In this document: positions 57,589 through 64,000 of the stretch, one piece after another
How the letters are laid out: every line of letters begins with the position of its first letter
How positions within the stretch are numbered: position 1 is the first letter of the stretch
Virus record (IMG/VR): IMGVR_UViG_3300032322_001765
Span: 1 to 64,000 of that record
Direction: 5' to 3' (one strand)
DNA length: 64,000 nt
The notes under the pieces: model-generated
Told to the model about the DNA's origin: nothing
The model's input: only the letters and a program-made list of their open reading frames with translations
Database searches by the model: none
Position numbers and translations under genes: made by a program

Positions 57589-59348
57589 TAACATTAAAAA
57601 ATATTACTCTCCGTAATTTTTTAAGTACGGGTCAAGTAACACAAGCAATAGATTTACATAAACAAGAACTAACACTAATACTAGGAGAAAATCTAGATTT
57701 AGGAGGTGACGGTGCCCGTAACGGCACTGGCAAAACCACATTGATACAGGGTCTTAGCTATGCGTTGTTCGGTGTTCCTATTAATGACATTCGCAAAGAC
57801 AATCTAGTTAACAGAACAAACAGTAAAGGAATGTTAGTTACATTAGAGTTTTCTGTTAACGGTATCGATTATAAAATAGAGCGCGGTAGAAAACCAAATA
57901 TATTAAAATTTTATGTAAACAACGATTTACAAAAAACGCAAGATGACACTCAAGGCGAAAATAAAGAAACACAACAAGCAATTGAAAAAGTAGTTCACAT
58001 GAGCAAGGATATGTTTACGCATATCATTGCGCTTAATACGTACACGCAACCTTTTCTAGCACTTAAGTCTAATGAGCAAAGAGATATTATCGAACAGCTT
58101 TTAGGTATAACCTTATTGTCAGAAAAAGCTGAAGTAATTAAATCATTAATAAAGGATACCAAAGACGAAATTCAACAAGAAGATTTTCGCATTAAAGCCG
58201 TCGAAGAGGCAAACAAACGTGTACAAGAACAGATAGAGGCATTAAAGCGCAGGCAGAAGTTGTGGAAAACAAAATATGATCAAGATGTTTTAGAACTTAA
58301 AACTAGCTTAGAAGAATTAAGTAAGATTGACATTGAAAATGAATTGTCAATGCATAAAAAATTAGCGGAGCATACTGAAATATACAAAAAGTATACCGAC
58401 TTAAACAAATTTATATCAAGAGCCGAATTGGATCTTGATAAAGAAACGAAAACAAACAATAAGCTTAAAAAAGAAATTGAATCTTTACAAAATCATAAAT
58501 GTTACGCATGTGGGCAAGATTTGCATGATAAGAAACACGACGAAGTTTTAAAATTAAAAGAATCTCAGTTAAGTGATTCTGGACTGATATGCTTGACTTT
58601 ATCTGGTGAGATCCTTGAACTACAAGAACAACTAAAAGTTATCGGTGAGCCAGGACCCGCACCTAAAACGTTTTATGATGCGGAAAGTGACGCAGTAGAA
58701 CATCGTAGTACAATGAACAATATATCTACTATGCTTGCTGCTAAACTAAAGGAAATAGATCCATATCAAGAACAAATAAATGATATGGAGAGTCAGGCGT
58801 TACAAGAAATAAGTTTTGATCAAATAAACAGGCTAACAAGAACTATGGAACATCAAAAATTTCTATTAGACTTGTTAACTAGCAAAGATAGCTTTGTTCG
58901 CAAAAAGATTATCGATCAAAATCTAAGTTATCTGAATGCAAGACTAACTCACTATCTTGACAAAATTGGATTGCCCCATCAGGTTGTATTTAAAAATGAT
59001 TTACAAGTAGAAATTACTGAATTGGGTAGAGAATTAGATTTCGACAATTTATCTAGAGGCGAGAGAAACAGATTAATATTAGGGTTAAGTTTCGCATTTC
59101 GTGATGTTTGGGAAAGTTTATACACACCGATCAATACGTTGTTTATCGACGAACTTATAGATTCTGGTTTAGATACTTTGGGAGTTGAAAACAGTATTGC
59201 TATTTTAAAAGATATGAGTAGACGTAGGCATAAATCTATATGGTTGGTATCACACAGAGAAGAATTAGCAGGTAGAGTTCCTAGCGTACTTAAGGTCATT
59301 AAAGAAAACGGGTTTACAACATACAACACAGCGATTGACATAGAATGA
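57585..59348 (+). CDS. Recombination ATPase, T4 gp46/SbcC/Rad50-like
   Basis: Walker A GTGKT, coiled coil with CYAC zinc hook, LSRGE signature, Walker B LFIDE. Confidence 0.92.
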   Translation: MITLKNITLRNFLSTGQVTQAIDLHKQELTLILGENLDLGGDGARNGTGKTTLIQGLSYALFGVPINDIRKDNLVNRTNSKGMLVTLEFSVNGIDYKIERGRKPNILKFYVNNDLQKTQDDTQGENKETQQAIEKVVHMSKDMFTHIIALNTYTQPFLALKSNEQRDIIEQLLGITLLSEKAEVIKSLIKDTKDEIQQEDFRIKAVEEANKRVQEQIEALKRRQKLWKTKYDQDVLELKTSLEELSKIDIENELSMHKKLAEHTEIYKKYTDLNKFISRAELDLDKETKTNNKLKKEIESLQNHKCYACGQDLHDKKHDEVLKLKESQLSDSGLICLTLSGEILELQEQLKVIGEPGPAPKTFYDAESDAVEHRSTMNNISTMLAAKLKEIDPYQEQINDMESQALQEISFDQINRLTRTMEHQKFLLDLLTSKDSFVRKKIIDQNLSYLNARLTHYLDKIGLPHQVVFKNDLQVEITELGRELDFDNLSRGERNRLILGLSFAFRDVWESLYTPINTLFIDELIDSGLDTLGVENSIAILKDMSRRRHKSIWLVSHREELAGRVPSVLKVIKENGFTTYNTAIDIE

Positions 59349-59851
59349 ATACTTTATACCTTGATATGGACGGGGTTGTTGCAGATTTTGATGCTTATGC
59401 TTATAATACATTAGGTTTAGGTCCTTCAGAAGGTATATATCCAAATAGTGAATGGGAAAAGTTACGCAGCAATCCTAGACTCTACAGAGATTTAGAAAAA
59501 ACACCTTACGCAGATGAATTAGTGTTTCAATGTAGTGTTTTTGCAAAACGTAATAATTTTAATTTAAAGTTTTTAACAGCAGTACCAAAAGATAATGATT
59601 TACCTTGGGCTTTCTATGACAAGTTTAAATGGGTAGAAAAGAACGGTTTTAGTAATATTCCTATCATGTTTGGCCCTTATAGTAAAGACAAACATATGCA
59701 TTGTAAAACTGGTGATATCTTAATTGATGATAGAACTAGTAACATTGAAGAATGGATAGCAGCAGGTGGATATGGTATATTACATAGAACAAGTTATGAA
59801 CATACATTAGAGGAGTTATTCAATTATGAAAATATTATTAACAGGTCATAA
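59345..59851 (+). CDS. 5'(3')-deoxyribonucleotidase, HAD superfamily
   Basis: LDMDGVVADF and ILIDD...NI.EW...GG. Confidence 0.85.
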   Translation: MNTLYLDMDGVVADFDAYAYNTLGLGPSEGIYPNSEWEKLRSNPRLYRDLEKTPYADELVFQCSVFAKRNNFNLKFLTAVPKDNDLPWAFYDKFKWVEKNGFSNIPIMFGPYSKDKHMHCKTGDILIDDRTSNIEEWIAAGGYGILHRTSYEHTLEELFNYENIINRS

Positions 59852-60647
59852 AGGTTTCATTGGTCAAAATATGCTTAAGTATCTCCAATCTAATACAGAT
59901 TGGTCTATTGATACATATGACATTAAAGATGAATTCCAAGGGGTCATGTCTTATGACTGGGTAATTCATTTAGGTGCAGTAACAAGTACAACCGAAAAAA
60001 ACTTAGATAAAGTTTTAACTCAAAATTATGAGTTTTCTAAAAATCTGTTTGACGAATGCAAAACGTTTGGGGTGAATTTACAATATGCTAGTTCTGCTAG
60101 TGTATATGGACAAAATTTAGAATTTACAGAAGAAAGTCCATTAGATCCAATAACTCCGTACGCATGGTCAAAATATCTTTTCGAGCGACACGCCTCAAAT
60201 AATATGGGAGGTAATATAGTTCAAGGGTTTAGGTATTTTAACGTTTATGGAAAGCACGAAGATCATAAAGAAGGTCAGTCCAGTCCTATTCATCAGTTTA
60301 CAAAACAAGCTAAAACAAACGGAAAAATAAAGATTTTTGATGATAGTCATAAAATGTTTAGAGATTTTATTTGTGTTGATGATGTTTGTAGAGTACAGAT
60401 TGAGTTTATTAAAAGCGTTAAAGAATCAGGCATTTGGAATTTAGGCACAGGTAGGCCGACTAGTTTTGAGAAAGTTGCCGAATATATCAAAGATATATAT
60501 GGCGGAAAGTTAAAGTATGCTATGATGCCAGATCAGTTACAGAGAAGTTATCAATATTATACATGCAGTGATAATACCAAATTAGAAAATACCATTGGCA
60601 AGCAGAGTTGGATAAAAATTAAAGATTTTTTAAAACAAGACAAGTAA
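59826..60647 (+). CDS. hldD: ADP-L-glycero-D-manno-heptose 6-epimerase-like (extended SDR)
   Basis: TGHKGFIG, HLGA..STTE, YASSASVYG, YAWSK, FRYFNVYG..E.HK and RDFICVDDV. Confidence 0.75.
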   Translation: MKILLTGHKGFIGQNMLKYLQSNTDWSIDTYDIKDEFQGVMSYDWVIHLGAVTSTTEKNLDKVLTQNYEFSKNLFDECKTFGVNLQYASSASVYGQNLEFTEESPLDPITPYAWSKYLFERHASNNMGGNIVQGFRYFNVYGKHEDHKEGQSSPIHQFTKQAKTNGKIKIFDDSHKMFRDFICVDDVCRVQIEFIKSVKESGIWNLGTGRPTSFEKVAEYIKDIYGGKLKYAMMPDQLQRSYQYYTCSDNTKLENTIGKQSWIKIKDFLKQDK

Positions 60648-60649
60648 AG

Positions 60650-60656
60650 ATAAGTA
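60650..60656 (+). promoter_or_regulatory. Late promoter box variant
   Basis: ATAAGTA, 5 nt before ATG 60662 (same spacing as at 8165). Confidence 0.5.
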
Positions 60657-60661
60657 GATTC

Positions 60662-61222
60662 ATGCCAAGTCCACAAAAAGCAAAAGGTTCAAGTTTTGAA
60701 AGAGAAATTGCGAAATTTCTTTCAGAATTATACGGAGAAAGTTTTATACGTGCCCCAGGGTCCGGAGCGTATGTGGGCGGTACAAATCAAAGCAGGAAGC
60801 AATTTTTACACGAAGGTCAAATTCGCAGTTTTAAGGGAGACATTGTTCCAGGACAAAGTTTTTCTAAATTTAATGCGGAGTGTAAGAGTTATAAAGACTT
60901 CCCATTTCACTTATTACTTACGGGTGAGAACAAACAATTTGACCAATGGATAGCACAAATGATAGAAGTATCAGACCAAGATGATTTTAATATTCTTTTT
61001 ATGAAGTTTAATCGCATTGGTAAGTTCGTAGCAGTACAACCAAAATTTACATGGGTGTTAGATAATTATACTTTTTATTCAAGTAAAACGGTTGGTGATT
61101 GGATACTTACAGAATTTGATAGCTTTTTCAAAAACAACAAAGACTTAGTTAAAAATTACTCAGGCTCAATAGACACAACGTCACAATCTCAAAATTTAAC
61201 GAATTTACAATTAGCCGACTGA
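60662..61222 (+). CDS. Holliday-junction resolvase-like PD-(D/E)xK nuclease (Hjc-type)
   Basis: K.KG..FER.IA.., R.P.SG, GDI and ECKSY. Confidence 0.7.
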   Translation: MPSPQKAKGSSFEREIAKFLSELYGESFIRAPGSGAYVGGTNQSRKQFLHEGQIRSFKGDIVPGQSFSKFNAECKSYKDFPFHLLLTGENKQFDQWIAQMIEVSDQDDFNILFMKFNRIGKFVAVQPKFTWVLDNYTFYSSKTVGDWILTEFDSFFKNNKDLVKNYSGSIDTTSQSQNLTNLQLAD

Positions 61223-61680
61223 GTTGTCAGTCCTCCTTGAGGAAGTACAGGTAGTGCTGTGCCGACGGATCTGGAGTATACATGTCAGTAATGACATGGA
61301 ATGTCGAGAGGGCAATCTTTGTTAGGGAACCCTCAATGAGTTTGTATCTTACTCTGTTTTGCGGATACAAAACATGCGTTGCCGAAGAGCTAAATGAAAA
61401 AATAAGTTTAGTAGCTTCACTACAGTCCCATTATACTTACAGGGCAACCGACGGCGTATAGCAACTAAAAGTGTTAGCTATTCGGGGAATAAACAGCAAG
61501 TGGATGACGGGCATGGCAAGTTTCCAATTGGTAGTGCTGAATAGCACTACCATGGCTTCAAAGCGGCAATATATAAGCCCTAAAGAAAAGTTTTCGAAAG
61601 TTATAACAGTCAATAAAATTCCGAACAATGCGAACGTAGTGAGCATGTGAAGGAATTAGATGAACGAAGTTCATCTTTTA
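61217..61680 (+). ncRNA. Candidate large structured non-coding RNA (unassigned)
   Basis: About 460 nt with no credible ORF, visibly GC-richer than flanks, and at least eight nested helices including CATGTCA-GTAA-TGACATG (GNRA loop on +). Ends in a terminator-like hairpin. Confidence 0.6.
61658..61680 (+). terminator. Terminator-like hairpin
   Basis: AGATGAAC-GAA-GTTCATCT followed by TTTA. Confidence 0.55.
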
Positions 61681-61734
61681 ATAATTCTAATAATATTAAT
61701 GGTAATCCTAAGTTATGATAATGAATATCTACGG

Positions 61735-61911
61735 TTAGAAGAAAGGTAACTTTGTGTTCTTTGTTGTTTCTAAGTTTTCTTCTATTAAATTGCCGATGGC
61801 TTGTCTTTCCTTAAATGACATATTGAGTATGTCTATATAAGATGCCCCACCCCTCATATACCATGCCATTTTTAATGCATTGGCTTTAATGGCTTCACAA
61901 TCTTTTTCCAT
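61735..61911 (-). CDS. T4 gp51-like hub/tail assembly chaperone segment (58 aa from ATG; -1 frame open back to 61971; not in ORF track)
   Basis: MEKDCEAIKANALKMAWYMRGGASYIDILNMSFKERQAIGNLIEENLETTKNTKLPFF. No RBS before its ATG. Confidence 0.7.
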   Translation of the reverse strand: MEKDCEAIKANALKMAWYMRGGASYIDILNMSFKERQAIGNLIEENLETTKNTKLPFF

Positions 61912-61921
61912 ATCGTCTATT

Positions 61922-61971
61922 AACTTCTGAACCTCATCGGGGGCTAGGGCCAGAAGTCTTAGACGAAAAAA
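61922..61971 (-). promoter_or_regulatory. Putative -1 programmed ribosomal frameshift element
   Basis: Slippery T-TTT-TTC (61971-61965), 6-nt spacer containing the frame-0 stop, then a stem GACTTCTG...CAGAAGTT. Confidence 0.7.
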
Positions 61972-62783
61972 TCAGATATGTTTAGATCAAATGGTTGTTC
62001 GTAATTGTGGCTACAACTTGGACAAGTAAATGCTAAAGGTTTAGCTTCAGTTGTTTTTCTTAGATTAATACTTTGGTCTTTGATGTTATCATATTCTTTC
62101 TTTGGTATATTTTCTAAGAACTCTTTTATGTACTCTTTTTCAATGACTACGCTTTCAGGAGTTTTGACATATTCTACAATTTCTAATATCAATTCTGTTG
62201 CAATCTCATTCATTTCTTTTACCAACTCAGACATTTTATTTTCTTTGTCAGCACCTTCTTCCATTTTTGATATTATTCCATATGCTCTTTGTAAGTCAAA
62301 TTGTTTTTGACTGTTCTCATTTACTTTTGTATATGTCAATGGTTTAAATTTTATTTGCACATCGTTGTACACTGGATAAAGTTTGTTATAATCCCCTGGA
62401 CTGAATTCATTAAGCATTCCAGTTAAATTTACATCGTATTTGGCGTCGTGATTGCAATTTGGGCATACAGTTAAAATTTCCATAGTAGACCCATTAGTTG
62501 CAATTTTAATTGCTAGAAGAATAGGATCTAAATCAATTTGTAGTAATTGCCATGGGTCTTTGATATTTGGTGCGCAACTGTGAATAATTTCAACTACTGC
62601 TTGGCCATTAAAAAGTGCATCTGGTGTGCGTGTGGTAATTTCGTCTAATGCAGTCATGGGAAAAATTGGTATCTCCCCTGACTCCGGTAAATCAATGGCA
62701 TTTTCTTTATATCCTATGCCTTTGCTAGGTAATTTCAAATATAATGCAGGTTTACGAAAATAACTTTTTAGTGGGTTAGACAT
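61959..62783 (-). CDS. T4 gp26-like baseplate hub/tail assembly chaperone
   Basis: NPLKSYFRKPALYLKLPS.G, MTA.DE, two CPxC motifs, C-terminal DFF. GGAG RBS before ATG 62783. Confidence 0.75.
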   Translation of the reverse strand: MSNPLKSYFRKPALYLKLPSKGIGYKENAIDLPESGEIPIFPMTALDEITTRTPDALFNGQAVVEIIHSCAPNIKDPWQLLQIDLDPILLAIKIATNGSTMEILTVCPNCNHDAKYDVNLTGMLNEFSPGDYNKLYPVYNDVQIKFKPLTYTKVNENSQKQFDLQRAYGIISKMEEGADKENKMSELVKEMNEIATELILEIVEYVKTPESVVIEKEYIKEFLENIPKKEYDNIKDQSINLRKTTEAKPLAFTCPSCSHNYEQPFDLNISDFFV

Positions 62784-62816
62784 TTTTTCTCCAAAATTTG
62801 ACAGTAATTTTTCAAC

Positions 62817-62835
62817 TAAATACAAGATATTTATA
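62817..62835. promoter_or_regulatory. Divergent late promoter boxes
   Basis: TAAATA on + (62817-62822) and TATAAATA on - (62835-62828), between the chaperone and tape-measure genes. Confidence 0.55.
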
Positions 62836-62846
62836 GGTAAAATATT

Positions 62847-64000
62847 ATGGCTGAAATTAACGACGAAAGACTAGAACGGTTCTTCGAACTCATTGGAGAT
62901 ATCAATGAAGCCCTTACAGTTGAGGAGCGTGAAAAGAAACGTTTACAGAAAGAAGCGGATGAGCGAAGGGCAAAAGTAGTTACTTTGTTCAAGGGATTGG
63001 GAGATAGTCTTTCTAATTTTGGTAAAGCAATTTCAAATTCAGACCAAGGATTTTCAAAATTTAGTGGCAGCGTTAATGCAACTACGGATGCAGTAGCAGG
63101 ATTCGCCTCAAATATGGGACCAGCTGGAAAGGCTGTTGCGGCATTAACTAAAGTTATTGGCGGGTTAGTAACTTTAAGTTTTGAGCAAAATGACAAATTG
63201 CTTAAAGCTTACCAAGGCTTGAGTAGAATGGGTAGTGTAACTACTGGGGGATTAGAAGAACTTCAAAGTAGGATGAATAAAATGGGTTACACAAGTGAAA
63301 AGGATTATGAAAAATTCCTTGAAGTGCTGAAACCTGTTACCAAAGAAATGGCATTGCTTGGTGGGTCTGTAACATTTGGTCGAGATAAACTAGAGCAAAT
63401 TTTTCAAGGTTTTATATCATCAGATAATCAACGTGAAGCTGCCTTAAAAAGATTAGGATATACAACAGAAGAATATCAAGCCGGTATCGCAGAATACCTA
63501 CAACTGCAAACACGATTAGGTATTGCACAAACTAAAACGGTTAAAGATTTAGATAAAGAAGCATTTAAATATCTTAGAACAATTAAAGATTTAGAAGAAA
63601 TTACAGGTTTAACACGTGATGAACAAGCTAAGGCAAGAGAAAAACTTATGTCTGATGCACGTGCGGATCTATATTATACAAAACTTCAACAAGAAAATAG
63701 AGGCAAAGAAGCAGACAACTTTATGAACTTTATGGTATCTTTCAATGAAAGATACGGCGATGAAGCTGCTCAAGGTCTGCAAGACCTATTAATGAATCAA
63801 GGCAGAATAACAACTGATGCCGCCGCCGCAATATTCCAAGCAGCCCCTAATGCTTATCAAGAAGCACTTAAGGCGATGGATAAAGGTTCAGATTATTTTA
63901 ATGTTGCTATGAAAAATATCGGTCAGTCCGGTATGAATAGAGTTAAGCAACTTGAAGGCACGTTTATGCTTCAAGAAAATGTCTTAAAAGATATGGGGTT
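62847..64000 (+). CDS. Tape-measure-like protein, 3'-truncated by the window edge (not in ORF track)
   Basis: Open from ATG 62847 (MAEINDERLERFFELIG...) to the end. Helical Ala/Gly/Leu-rich sequence (GPAGKAVAALTKVIGGL, LEEITGLTRDEQ). Confidence 0.7.
   Translation, partial: MAEINDERLERFFELIGDINEALTVEEREKKRLQKEADERRAKVVTLFKGLGDSLSNFGKAISNSDQGFSKFSGSVNATTDAVAGFASNMGPAGKAVAALTKVIGGLVTLSFEQNDKLLKAYQGLSRMGSVTTGGLEELQSRMNKMGYTSEKDYEKFLEVLKPVTKEMALLGGSVTFGRDKLEQIFQGFISSDNQREAALKRLGYTTEEYQAGIAEYLQLQTRLGIAQTKTVKDLDKEAFKYLRTIKDLEEITGLTRDEQAKAREKLMSDARADLYYTKLQQENRGKEADNFMNFMVSFNERYGDEAAQGLQDLLMNQGRITTDAAAAIFQAAPNAYQEALKAMDKGSDYFNVAMKNIGQSGMNRVKQLEGTFMLQENVLKDMG

Noticed and set aside
61437-61646. 69-aa minus-strand ORF in the structured region
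   Set aside because: No RBS or promoter and no protein-like features. It is better explained as a chance ORF in GC-richer RNA.
61217-61680. RNase P RNA (GAGGAAG at 61239 and ACAAAACATG at 61367 resemble CR-I/CR-V), tmRNA or group I/II intron
   Set aside because: The two segments cannot form the P4 helix. There is no tRNA-like end or CCA, no recognisable P7/R-S or domain V, and no interrupted gene flanks it.
1-64000. Stop-codon reassignment, as in some large phages
   Set aside because: Long genes are intact under the standard code, and TAA, TGA and at least one TAG (20985) act as stops at tight gene junctions.

Overview
AT-rich 64 kb segment of a T4-related jumbo myovirus genome. The gene set and order resemble Rak2/GAP32/Atu_ph07-type jumbo phages (inference). 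The host is probably Gram-negative. No tRNA, rRNA, CRISPR array or integrase was seen, and the genetic code appears standard. Layout: (1) 1-848, end of a virion fibre-like gene. (2) 861-8084 (minus), an early/accessory array of small genes driven by near-consensus sigma70 promoters, including several small ORFs the track missed (lipoprotein, ArfA-like peptide, membrane peptide, a gene stub), a GIY-YIG nuclease, an HExxH peptidase and a PBP5/7-type D-Ala-D-Ala peptidase. (3) 8178-9305, a TPR-glycosyltransferase. (4) 9721-22881 (minus), a translationally coupled modification cluster with four N-terminal-Twitch radical SAM enzymes, a NodU/CmcH carbamoyltransferase, an SGNH-like protein and four GT-A-like proteins, directly downstream of (5) 22925-55528 (minus), the fibre/baseplate module (5694 aa gp7-like giant, gp6, gp25, gp5-like spike, hub, gp53, gp48/54-like). 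(6) 55643-61222 (plus), gp55-like late sigma factor, gp47, gp46, 5'(3')-nucleotidase, HldD-like epimerase and resolvase. (7) 61217-61680, an unassigned, hairpin-dense candidate large ncRNA. (8) 61735-62783 (minus), gp26-like and gp51-like chaperone genes joined by a strong -1 frameshift signature, divergent from (9) a tape-measure-like gene running off the end. Top leads: the radical SAM/carbamoyl/glycosyl cluster, the structured RNA, the gp26/gp51 frameshift, and nested domain insertions in the giant baseplate protein.
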